From Podarcis filfolensis (lineage: Eukaryota): a DNA stretch of 64,000 nucleotides. The notes under the pieces were generated by a model that did not search any database, had not been told where the DNA came from, and worked only from the letters and a program-made list of their open reading frames with translations. Numbering within the stretch: the first letter of the stretch is position 1; each line of letters begins with the position of its first letter. The stretch is taken from assembly GCA_964270895.1 (NCBI GenBank), contig OZ185447.1; one strand, written 5' to 3'. Positions 12,671-24,040 of the stretch are shown here, in pieces. The position numbers and the translations under genes were made by a program.

Positions 12671-13522
12671 TATGTACGTAGCAAGGCTCAAACCCAAGGT
12701 TTCCAGTCCCAACCTGGTATCTACCAGGCTAAAGAGATGCATTGCACTCGCCGCAATGGTAAACCTGTGCCCAGGCTGCACTGCTTTGGACTGAAGTTGC
12801 AGGAATCACAACATGAAAGAAATGTTGTTTCTGTGCATGAAAGCAAATAGCTTGTCAGGGAGAAGACTATGCCTCTCCCTCAATATGCTAGCTGTCTCTG
12901 TGCAGGGACTGTTTTTGTACAGAGAACAGACCCTCCGAGTGACTCATTATTCAGGGACAATCTCGGATTTACAGAAGCTGTCCTGGTTTCTGATTTGATC
13001 CTGGAATGTCCCGCTTTTCCTTAGAACGTCCCTATTTTCACTGGAGAAATGTTGGAGAGTACGGAATAGAATGTCCCTGGGGCTTTTTTTCAGCTGGAAC
13101 TTGCCAGCACCTCTCAGAGAACGAGGGAGGTGTTCTTGGTGAGTTCCAGTACTTCTTTTCCTAGAAAAATAGCACTGGACTTCCCTATTTTTGTTGGAGG
13201 AGGCTATGTGAGAAGCATTTGCCCATGTGAGCTCCCACTTTCAATCCCAAGTGATAAAGCCCAGATACCAGATACAGTACCTAGGAAACTGCCTTCTATT
13301 GATCCAGACCATTGCTCCATGTAGCACAGTATGGTTGACAATCACCAGCAAAGATTCTCCAGGGTTTCAGACAGGGGACAATCGCAGATGTCAGAGATTG
13401 AGCATGTGCTCTACCACTGAATTACTTGGTGAGAAGTAGATCTAGGAGTCCTGTCTCGGTTTGAAGAGCAGCCATTGTGATGTTGTTTGTTTGTTTGCTT
13501 GCTTGTAACCTTTCTGTTGCAG

Positions 13523-13682
13523 CGACACGCTTCAGTATTTCAACAAGTTGCAGAAACGCCGGGAATTAGAGGCTGTCAACTTGTGGAATGAACCAGTGGA
13601 CAAGACTCACGTGGAACGGGATGATGATCATAAACTCCACATGTTGTTGGAGAAAAGGTCAAAAACACGCCGGGGATCAGAG
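13523..13682 (+). CDS. Melanoregulin-like exon 2
   Basis: cag|C...GAG|gtatgt; 160 nt; DTLQYFNKLQKRRELEAVNLWNEPVDKTHVERDDDHKLHMLLEKRSKTRRGSE, like MREG NLWSMPHDVSHTEADDDRTLYNLIVIR. Confidence 0.92.
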
Positions 13683-14192
13683 GTATGTTGTCCTTGTGCA
13701 TGGAATATTTTTGTTTGGGGGAGAATTTAATTGCAAGACATTTGCCCACGTAGTCTGATATGGTTGGTTCATCTGGAGAAATATGTACCAGACAAGGATG
13801 TCAACAGACAAGAATTATTGTGTATGTGTGCCCACAAACACAGTGATGCATTGATGTAAGCATTAAAATAATATAAACCAGTTTCTAGTTTCTGTCACAC
13901 TCTAGTGTGACCCACAAATAAAAACCAGCATAGGGCTATGCAGGTGGGGTTGGCTAATGGCTTCCATTGAGTGATGCAACATAGACGCAATCTGCATGGG
14001 TGGCATGACCTTTAGGAATAGGGGCCTCAGTGGGGTGCAGTGTGTTAATGGTGCACACACAAAGCAGCCCTTTAGAGATCCCTGTAATGTATAGGCCTTT
14101 CTCCACACATACTTTACATGACGGTGGGCATTTTGCTGAAAAACGTAGCTTAGTGGTTCATTCTTTTGATGGTCTCCTTTATCCTGACAAAG

Positions 14193-14283
14193 GAATACCG
14201 ACGCTTGAGCTTTGACATCATCGCTCACCGGCAGATCCGTCGGAAGATGAAGGACCGATGGAAGCAAATCCTAGAAGTCTTGG
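14193..14283 (+). CDS. Melanoregulin-like exon 3
   Basis: aag|GAA...G|gtatgg; 91 nt; EYRRLSFDIIAHRQIRRKMKDRWKQILEVL(G), like MREG [31 protein letters not shown]. Confidence 0.93.
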
Positions 14284-14579
14284 GTATGGTGTCCTTGGGG
14301 GATTTCCACCACAGACCAAACTGGAGAGTGTTAGGAGAGCTATTATCCTTACTCGCTTTCATTTCTCTCAAGTTTGGTTTTAGTGTTCCACAACTAAAAA
14401 CTACTAGAGCCTTTTCCCTGTTGACTTTGGAGGGGTGAAGACTATTATTTACCTATCCTTGGCCACTGTGAGAGCAGGATACTGGGTTCCATTCCTATCC
14501 AACAGGGCTGCTCTTGTTATTATTTATTGAGTTGGTTTTGGGACTAGATATGGGCATAAATGATCTCTTCCCAATGTAG

Positions 14580-14746
14580 GATTCAAAGCTGAAGCAGATG
14601 GGCTCCTCACTGTCACGTCCAGCACCTCATATGAATCCCTTCGCAATCCTCAAGAGGCCCGTAGGATCCACACTGCCCTGGCTGAGCAGACAACCATTTT
14701 TGGCTGGCATCGTGGTGGTCCACCTGAGAGATACCTCTTTGTCATT
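14580..14746 (+). CDS. Melanoregulin-like exon 4
   Basis: tag|GA...ATT|gtaagt; 167 nt; FKAEADGLLTVTSSTSYESLRNPQEARRIHTALAEQTTIFGWHRGGPPERYLFVI. Confidence 0.93.
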
Positions 14747-15510
14747 GTAAGTAGAGGAAGGATTTGGTAGAAACTTCTCTTGGGGCATGTGCTTGTCTTT
14801 GCAGTACATCACCACAGGGACAGAAGCTGTGGGCCTAACCCACAGTGGCATAGAAGCTACCATGGAGGTAGGAGCAGCACGCAAGCTCCTCCAGGTAGCC
14901 TGATTGTGGTTTTCAAATAACTGTTTCCAGTGTCATGAAGCCTCTGTGAGTCGCCTCCTTCTAACATGCTAATTGGCCTTACGAATCCTTTAATATCTTG
15001 CCACCCTCTCCCAAATATTTTTTCCTTTGTCCTCCAAGTTAAGGGTGACGTTTCCCCTCCTCCTAGTGTTGGGAGTGTGATGCCAAGTTTTCCGTTCAAC
15101 ACAGAGGGTGATGCCTTTAGGACAAAGCAATCCTTTTGAAATTGTCCCCCTTCTGCAGGTAGCCCTGTTAATGGCTAAAAATACATGGCGTTTGCTTGGT
15201 TAGTCAGTTCTCTCGCTTTGAGGGAGAAAGATCTCAGTTTAATCTTTTCCTTTGTCTGGAACAGGACTTTGGTTGATTTCATTGGCATACTATGCCCTTT
15301 TAAAATGTGGGGTTTTTTGGGGGGTTATTAGGTTGCTTTAATTTTGATTATATATTTTGTGGTTTTATATTTTGATTTTGTTTTATGAACCAAACCTCTG
15401 GGTATAGGGCGGTATATTAATGATGATAATGATGATGATGGAAAGAAGAATGCTTTGTTCTTTATTTGCAATAATTAAATAATTAAATAAAGGGTGTGCC
15501 AGCTCCTGTT

Positions 15511-15540
15511 TTCTTCTTCTTCTTCTTCTTCTTCTTCTTC
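15511..15540 (+). repeat. (TTC)10 microsatellite
   Basis: Direct reading. Confidence 0.95.
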
Positions 15541-16190
15541 GGCCAAATAGTTTATTGGGAACTATTTTCTACAACAAAGGGTGGATGTCTCCTAGGCTAG
15601 AAAACAGTCAGAGCAGAACAACAATAAATCACTTTATCTCCGTTTCCCCCTTTTGAATGCTTTTAGACTCAGACTTCCCTTAATAAATCTAATTTACATT
15701 TTATTACCAGATACTTGTATCTTTGTAGTTAATTACATACTCCAACCCTACCCATTCAGTATTAGGCCTGTGCTACTAAGAACCTGGGAATCTCCCTCGT
15801 GACAGAGGCTCCTTGAAGTGCTTTGGCCCCTGCCCTAAACAGGGACCATTTCTTCGGTTTGTTTTATATGTGTTTCCCTTACATCCTCTGTCTTTTAAAA
15901 GCGGGGTAGAGGCAGTTGGCAACAATTAGTTTTTTGTTTGCTTAAAGATTTGGGGGATCCCTGACCCCTCTGGTGACCCAAGGATTGCCACTCTCCCTCC
16001 TTCCATTATTTTACCTCACAATTACTGTGAGGTAAAGTGTAATTGAATCCGATATTTACTCTTGGCTCGGTGTGGGCATCATTTTTAAATTTTCTTCTTC
16101 AGGTGTGCTTAGGCCAGCTCTATTGTGGGATCTCAATGGACCCAACACTATCACCTTATTTCCTTATTTTTGTCACCTTTCCTCCCCTAG

Positions 16191-16376
16191 GACAGGCTGC
16201 TTCTCCTTGATGTGGGAGATGAATTCCTGTCAGCAGCTCGGCACTTCTACCCTGTGGAGGACGAAGAGGACGATGGCTCTTCCAGCGATGGAGGACCTAC
16301 AACACCTGGTCCTGTCTTGGTCACAATGAGCAAAGAAGCTCAGGAAGAGATGGAGGAGGGCGTGGACGGGGAATAA
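16191..16376 (+). CDS. Melanoregulin-like exon 5 (last coding exon)
   Basis: tag|GAC...TAA; DRLLLLDVGDEFLSAARHFYPVEDEEDDGSSSDGGPTTPGPVLVTMSKEAQEEMEEGVDGE*; total CDS 681 nt = 226 aa. Confidence 0.9.
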   Translation, partial: DRLLLLDVGDEFLSAARHFYPVEDEEDDGSSSDGGPTTPGPVLVTMSKEAQEEMEEGVDGE

Positions 16377-16761
16377 GCCAAGGAGAAGACAGAAGTGAGG
16401 CAGACACTGAAGAAAGTGCGAAGAGGCGGATGCAACTCAACCTATGGATGGAAGAACGAATGTATTCAGAGTAGGCTACTGAACTGCAAACCTGTTGGAA
16501 ACTCCGTATGACACAAAGAACTTGCGCCCCCATTTCCTGTTCATGCATTGCCCTTTTTCTTCTGTATTAATATTATGAGTTAACAAATAGCACCGTTTCT
16601 CACGACGCTCAGTCTGTAGTTTTCTATAAAACAGGAGGTGAACATTTGGAAGGAAAACATAAACCAAAACGTAGAACTGAAATGTTCTCCATGGCCAAAA
16701 ATGTGGGGCTTTCCCACACACTGCCTTGATACCTTTACTTTAGGCTTTGCCGCTTGACTCA

Positions 16762-16762
<1 letters not shown>

Positions 16763-16845
<83 letters not shown>
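16763..16845. repeat. Palindromic microsatellite (AAT)14-AT-(ATT)13
   Basis: The two arms are reverse complements of each other. Confidence 0.93.
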
Positions 16846-17663
16846 TGTACCCCAGCCACTCTGGGCGTCTCCTAACAGAATATTAAAAACACGATAAAAT
16901 ATCAAACATTCTCAGGGTGATGAACAATAATATCTCCATATTTTTTCAGGGTGTTTTGTCTTGCCTATGGCAGGGCCAGAGGCTGAGATAATAGAAAGAT
17001 ATCTTTGAGACTCTTTCTTCCCTTTATGAGCTGAACTTTAGTTAGCTATGAGGCTTTCCATGGAGTATAATAAATTACGTATATGACATAGAGGACTCGC
17101 AAACTCATTTTAGCTGAATTCACTTCAGATTCCTTTAGCACTGAGTGTACACAATTCTGGTCATAAGGCTGAGGGTGTGGAGAGGCTCCTTCTGCAGTTG
17201 TGCTGCACATGCACCAGAATGTGGGATTTCAGCCTACAACAGAGCACATTGAGAGTCTAGACTTGCTGTCCACATGTTTGCTTTAAAAAAATAATTTATA
17301 GGCCTTAGTGTGGTTTAAAAGGGGGCAGGCTGTTCCCACTCTGATGCACTGTACAAACTATCCCAACCCACCCACCAATTATTAGCAGACAGGAGAAGCC
17401 GGATATATTCAGCAAAATATGCCAATAAAGGCCAATTAGCTTAATTTGCATGATTTGTACAGCTCATGGGTTTGGGTGTTTGGCACAGAAACTGAGTTAC
17501 CCCGATGCTCTGTGTTTTGGGGGCTGAGGCTGTTGAGCTTTTTTTAGTTTGGCCCAAAGTTGTTCAACTTTTTTTTTTCCTCCCAAAAATCTCCCCCCCG
17601 CCCAAAGAGGGAATTTAAAAAGCTATTTTTAAGGAAAATCACTAAAATCTAGACTTCCGACAT

Positions 17664-17775
17664 GGGTTGCCATACGTCCGGATTTTCCCAGATATTGAAC
17701 TGATTTCCACCCGGAAACTATTTCCGACTGCCGTATTCCTACTATGTATGGGAAATTCTGGATGTATGGCAACCC
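17664..17775. mobile_element. Short MITE with GGGTTGCCATAC terminal inverted repeats
   Basis: Starts GGGTTGCCATAC and ends GTATGGCAACCC. Confidence 0.75.
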
Positions 17776-17922
17776 TACTCTGTGTGAGAGAGGAGGGCAG
17801 GGCAGGAGGTTGTTAGAAGTGGGTTTAATGTACACAACATAGGCATAAAAATGGGGGAGAGTTACCCCCCCCCGATGAAGCATAAGCCCCAGGTTCCCAG
17901 CTTTCACTTTGAAAAGCGAGTA

Positions 17923-18137
17923 CAGTGGTACCTCAGGTTACAAACACTTCGGGTTACAGAGTCCGCTAACCCAGAAGTAGTACTTCATGTTAAGAGCTTT
18001 ACCTCAGGATAAGAACAGAAATCGTGTGGCGGCCATGGGAGGCCCCATTAGCCAAAGTGGTACCTCAGGTTAAGAACGGTTTCAGGTTAAGAACGGACCT
18101 CCGGAGCGAATTAAGTTCGTAACCAGAGATACCACTG
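17923..18137. mobile_element. Tc1/mariner-type MITE
   Basis: TA|CAGTGGTACCTC...GAGATACCACTG|TA. Confidence 0.88.
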
Positions 18138-18490
18138 TACATGTTTAGCAGTTGTAGAACCAGAGATGCAAGGCAAAAGGTGTGAGCAGGTATCCCTCTC
18201 TCTTGTTTTGAGAGAAGCTTGCGTGTTCCCACCTTTCATTTATGTATGTTTGCTCATATATCCAAGATTTGTCTGTCAGAAATAGCGTCCGGGTGGAATT
18301 TCCAAAAATCACGGAAAATCATGGCAACCCATGTTGAAAGTGTGGATATTATTTTTATTTCTGGAAGTGTTGATTTTGATTTTCCTTAAAAATAGCTCAA
18401 AAGCTTCAATTTTATTTTATTGAGATTTTGCAAAAAGAAAAAAAAGAAAAAGAAAGAAAGCTTAACTTAGACAAGTTCGGATTTTCACTT

Positions 18491-18716
18491 TTTGAAATAT
18501 GGCAGCCTCATGAGAAGAGAAGACTCCCTGGGAAGCTGGGAAAGATTGAGGGCACAAGGAGAAGGGGATGACAGAGGACGAGATGTTTGGGCAGTGTTCT
18601 CGAAGCTACTAACGTGAGTTTGACCAAACTGCAGGAGGCAGTGGATGACAGGAGTGCCTGGCATTCTCTGGTCCATGGGGTTATGAAGAGTCCAACACAA
18701 CTAAACAACAACAACA
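18491..18716 (+). mobile_element. BovB (RTE) LINE 3' fragment
   Basis: Matches the 3' end of the copy at 35702; (CAA)n tail. Confidence 0.88.
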
Positions 18717-19523
18717 GCCCTAGAGTATTTGCTTTCTCTACCACACCTGCAAAAAAAATAATCCTGTGGATGTCCATGGCAAACCACATACATAAATGTT
18801 GCCCATTGGCCATGCCTGCCTATAAAATGTTTTTTTCTGTCCTTTCTACAAGAAGGGTTGTTTTCTCTTCTCCTCCTTTTCCCTGTCCATTTTTGTGTGT
18901 GCTTCCAGGCCACCTGTTCTCCTTTCATCACCCTCTTCTCTCCAATCTCTCTGTGTACAACCTGTCCCTGATATACAAGCCGCCCAGAGCCTGGTGACAG
19001 GGATTGCTGCTGTCCCTGCCGCTAATCCCCCTGGCTCCTGTTTCTAAATAGCAGAGTCTCCATTTGCGGGAAACAAAAGGCCCGGCTGGGGAAATTTCTC
19101 CCTTTCCTCTCCTTCCCCACAATATCCCAAGCATGCGATGGACCCAGGGCGGCCTTTTCCTGGAGTCTGGATCGCAGGTTTCAAGCATCCAGCCTAGAGG
19201 TTGGCAAGAAATATTGGAAACTGCTCTACTTGTCCCTCTTGGCAGAGACATGCAAACACATATATCTCTTCCTGTCACTATCCTTTCTGACAGCTGAGAA
19301 CTGCTAGGTAATTAATGAGTCTTCTTCTCTCTCCCCGCCCCCCCAAACCTCCAGCTCATTTAACAACATTCCTTGTGATGATTTTGTTCTTCCTTGTCAA
19401 GGTTTCTGTGGTTTTACACCTTTCGCAGGAATCTCAGGCCTCTGGGAAGGGATACTCCTGCTTGTGTGCACAGATGCCCACGTTAACTGTTGCACCCTGG
19501 TTTTGAACTGAAGAGATTGAAAA

Positions 19524-19675
19524 CAGAATCACTGAACTGTCAAGTTGCAAGGGGTACCACGAGGGTCACCTAGTCCAACCCCCTGCAAAAGCGGGAAATC
19601 TTTCTGCCAACATGGGGCTCAAACCCACCACTCTGAGCTTAAGAATCTCATCCTCTACCAACTGAGCTATCCAGG
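19524..19675 (-). mobile_element. tRNA-Lys-derived SINE with CR1-like tail (Squam3-like)
   Basis: Minus strand GGATAGCTCAGTTGGTAGAGGATGAGATTCTTAAGCTCAGAGTGGTGGGTTTGAGCCCC, then GCAGGGGGTTGGACTAGGTGACC. Confidence 0.75.
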
Positions 19676-20784
19676 CTCAAGTCACATAATACCTTTACAT
19701 GAATACATTGGTGCAGCCACTTTTGGAATATCATCTACCCATATCATAGAGCTAGATAGTATGCTTTTTAAAAGAACACAACACAACTGTGTAATGTTCA
19801 ACTAAACCTGCAATCCAACATACCCACCTCAGTGTAAGTCTCGTTGGCCTCAGAGGGACTTACTTCTGAGCAGATTTGCATAGGATCACACTGTAAAATG
19901 ATGAAGGGCTTGGAGTATCTTAGAGCATCTTGCGGGGAGCTAGATGGAAACTCAGTCCGATTTGGTAGGGTGCAGTCGGAAGGGATGGCAACGTGCTCTC
20001 CTTTGACACCCCCCTCCCCACAAAAGGCAAGTGGGAAGGGCTAAAACTTCTCTTTCCTGCTGGCCCATTGCCTTCTGAGGCACAGCTGGTGATCCTTTGC
20101 ATGTGGAACTCCTTGCTCCAAGACTTCTCTGTGTTCTACCAACAAATAAAAGCTTTCTTTTCCCAGTGACTTTTGGTTCTGCTGTGGCTCAGTTTAATTT
20201 AATTCATCAGCCTGGGTTTATTGTATTCTTGCTCTGTGCTGCATTTGTGTTTTTACTGATGGATTGTTGTTTTTTTGTATGCCTTTTATATTTTATAAGC
20301 CGCCTTGAGCAACTCTTTTTTTGGAGTGGGGAAAGCAAGGTATAAATCTTTGTGTAAATAACAAAATGGCAATAAGTGTGTGTGTTTTGTTTGTTTTTCC
20401 CAGCTGCCTAAGCCTTAACAGTCTCACTCCCTTCTTGGCCCTGAGCAAAGGTCAGCATATTATGATCCTCACTATGGGAAAACAAATAGCTACTCCTCTG
20501 TTTTTCTGGCTAGGGATCTTGTAGGAACAGCAAGCCAAGTTATAGTCCCCCTGGGCCACAAGTGTGCTGATGCTTCACCCAACTCAGTCTACAGCTGCCT
20601 CCCTCTCCCCCTTGCACGTTGGGTCTGTTCAACGTGAGCCGCTCTGTATGGTATCTGCAATGGGCAAGCAATGTTTTTCCCAAAATGGATAGGGAAGGGA
20701 AAGCAGATGCAACCTCGGTTTCTGTTTGGCCTGGAGAGTTTGTGGGTTTGTCTATGAAGATCTGTCAGCCACCCTACTGCCAGA

Positions 20785-20866
20785 CCATTCTGAACTCTCC
20801 TAAATTGTCTGATCTCAGAAGCAAAACAAGGACCTCCCTGCTTAGTACTTGGATGGGAGAAGGTCT
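20785..20866 (+). mobile_element. Degenerate 5S rRNA-derived SINE fragment
   Basis: GATCTCAGAAGCAAAACAAGG...CTTAGTACTTGGATGGGAGA resembles the 5S internal control region; a related relic lies near 22945-23000. Confidence 0.6.
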
Positions 20867-20976
20867 GTCAGCCAGAATACTGTTGGGAGAGAATAGGTCT
20901 GCTCTGCTTTATTTATGTTGCTGTTGTTGTTAAAAGTGGAAGTCTGATATTTTGCTATCCTGTACAGATCTACATA

Positions 20977-21330
20977 GGGACACGGGTGGCGCTGCGGGTT
21001 AAACCAAGAGCCTAGGACTTGCCAATCAGAAGGTCGGCGGTTCGAATCCCCGTGACAGGGTGAGCTCCCGTTGCTCGGTCCCTGCTCCTGCCAGCCTAGC
21101 AGTTCAAAAGGACGTCAAAGTACAAGTAGATAAATAGGTACCGCTCCAGCGGGAAAGTAAACGGCGTTTCCGTGCGCTGCTCTGGTTCGCCAGAAGCGGC
21201 TTAATCATGCTGCCCACATGACCTGGAAGCTGTACGCCGGCTCCCTCGGCCAATAAAGCGAGATGAGCACCACAACCCCAGAGTCGGCCACGACTGGACC
21301 TAATGGTCGGGGTCCCTTTACCTTTACCTT
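20977..21330 (+). mobile_element. Full-length Sauria SINE with target-site duplication
   Basis: B box GGTTCGAATCC, ACCTTT tail; 13-bp TSD ACAGATCTACATA at 20964-20976 and 21331-21343. Confidence 0.95.
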
Positions 21331-23407
21331 ACAGATCTACATAAATAAAATCATTGTTATTATTGCTATATTTTCTATACTGCCTTTCATCTCAGGATCA
21401 CAGGGCAGTTTACAATTTAAAAACACAAAAATACATACCATAGATTACCCATTTCATACCACCTTTTCTGTGGTGTCATCCCGATTGTGGAATGCTCTCC
21501 CCAGAAAGCCTCACCTGGCACCATCTTTACATTTCTTACACTACTAGGCAAAAACATTCCTCTTTACCCAGGCCTGTGGCTATTAAATAACCTATGGCCT
21601 GTAACAGTGTGGGGGAGAGGACTGTTATGATGGTGATGATTTCATTATTAGGCTGTCCGTCAGTATGCTTTTTACTATGTTTTTATCTTTGATGTTCTGT
21701 AATGTGCTTTTAAAGTTGTATACCACCTCAGGATCTTTTGATAAAGGACGTTATATAAATCAAACAAGTAAAAAATAATAACAACAAAAATAAAAAATGC
21801 CCCTGCTCACTTTGCTCACCACCCACCCCATCTCTGCCAAAGCCACCCTTATGCTTTACATCTCGCCAAACTTCTGCTTGCAGACTTGGGCCACCTGTTT
21901 TCCTCCTCACGGGCCTCTATCTCCAGTTCCCTCCTTTCCTCTGATGCTGTTGCAATGGCCCAGCAGAGCCCAGTTTTTCACCACACTGCAGTTCACAGCA
22001 GCACCTGTTGGCGGCCACACAGACTGCAGCATGACGACATCCTTAGGAAAATATGTAATGGGAGAGAAAAGCACTTTGTAACCTCAATACTTTTAAAATG
22101 GAAGCAGAGTACCAGAATGCAACATAAAAACTGGCATCTGGTTGGCCACTGTGAGAACAGGATGGTGGACTAGAAGGGCCATGGGCCTGATCCAGCAGGA
22201 CTTTAATCATGTTCTTGTCTGTGAAAATAATGCGATAAAATTATATGTGATAAAAAAAAACCAGAAGAAGGAAGGAGGGAAGTCAGTGCTTGGGAGCAAG
22301 TATAAATGTAAAATGCAACACACTATGTGTATGTGGAGTATGTAACCGGAAAACTAATAAAGATTATTTTTGGGGGGGGGATCATGTTCTTGTCTGAGCC
22401 CCATAATACCTTACAATGCCAAAGTCGGCTGCATGCTGTGTATCAACACTGTAGTGTCTGATCCTGCATTGGTTTTAAAAGCTGTGTGTCTTGTTGTTAA
22501 AGCTACCCTCCCCTCCCCAATCCCTGTAGTTCTCCTGTAACATTGTCCTCATACTTTACATGCTTTACAAAATGAACTTCACCACCTGCAGCATAGCACG
22601 CTGTCTAAAACATGGCATAGTAGGCTGTCAAATGCATGACACCTGGGAGCAGAGCATCCCATTTGTACCCATTCCTAATCCTGATTTTACTGGGGCATGG
22701 CAAATGTGAATCCCCCTTAGAGGAGAACATGTTTAATCCCACCCTACCAAATTCCTCTTGCAAATTCCTCTGAGACTATTCTTCCCTCCTAAAGTTGGGA
22801 AAGGAGGTGAGTTAATGGGCAGTGGGAGGCAGGGAGAGTTAAGTTGTGTCACACAGACACACAGACACACAAACACACAAACACACACACCCCAGCCTCC
22901 TGCAGTTGTTCCCATGGTATGGTCTGAAGGCACAGAAGGTTGCCACCTTGCTGAAGCTAAGCAGATCTGTGCCTTGGATGGGTGATTGCCTGAGAACCAC
23001 ATGCCTGGAAAAACACGCTGATGCCACTTTGGGTTCTATAAAAGAAGAAAACTGGAATATAAATGTATAGTGTTAAAAAAAAAGTTATCCACCCTATCTC
23101 CCCACATTACTGGTGTAAGACAACCATGAGGTTTGGCAGCACTGGCTGCCATTTTCCCCCTATAAAACCATCCTTAAATGTGGGATTGGCTGTAGCCTTG
23201 CACCATAGGGCTTGTCTTAACTAGTGGGACATTACTGGGGTTTCAGAGGTGGAATTGAAGTCTGGGAGGAATCTCCAAAAGATGGCACTTTGTCCTGGAT
23301 CTTAGGCAAGTCAACTTTCAGGGGGTCCTGGTTTTTACTTTTTGAAATACAGCAACCCTATCTTAACTGAGTATCTTATTCATAGTTAATATTCCCCATA
23401 CCTAATA

Positions 23408-23648
23408 CAGTGGTACCTCGGGATAAGTACTTAATTCGTTCCGGAGGTCCGTTCTTAACCTGAAACTGTTCTTAACCTGAAGCACCACTTTAGCTAATGA
23501 GGCCTTCTGCTGCCACAGCACCGCCACTGCACAATTTCTGTTCTCATCCTGAAGCAAAGTTCTTAACCCGAGTAATTTTTCTGGGTTAGCAGAGTCTGTA
23601 ACCTGAAGCGTATGTAACCTGAAGCGTATGTAACCCAAGGTACCACTG
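23408..23648. mobile_element. Tc1/mariner-type MITE
   Basis: CAGTGGTACCTC...AGGTACCACTG flanked by TA. Confidence 0.9.
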
Positions 23649-23658
23649 TAAATGAGAA

Positions 23659-24040
23659 GGATGCGGGTGGCGCTGTGGTCTAAACCACTGAGCCTTGGGC
23701 TTGCCGATCAAAAGGTCAGCTGTTCGAATCCCCGCAACGGGGTGAGCTCCTGTTGCTCAGTCGCTGCTCCTGCCAACCTAGCAGTTCGAAAGCACGTCAA
23801 AGTGCAAGTAGATAAATAGGTACCACTCTGGCGGGAAGGTAAACGGAATTTCCGTGCACTGCTCTGGTGTCAGCGTTCCATTGTGCCAAAAGCGGCTTAG
23901 TCATGCTGGGCACATGACCCGGGAAAACTGTATGCAGAGCGGACAAATGGCTGCTCCCTCAGCCTGTAAAGCGAGATGAGCGCCGCAACCCCAGAGTCGT
24001 TCACAACTGGACTTAACTGTCAGAGGTCCATTTACCTTTT
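23659..24040 (+). mobile_element. Sauria SINE inserted directly after the MITE
   Basis: TSD TAAATGAGA at 23649-23657 and 24043-24051. Confidence 0.92.

Noticed and set aside
19600-19675. tRNA-Lys-like sequence as a tRNA gene
   Set aside because: Degenerate stems and B box, fused to a CR1-like tail, so it is a SINE.
20785-20866. 5S rRNA gene
   Set aside because: Short, heavily diverged fragment; SINE relic.
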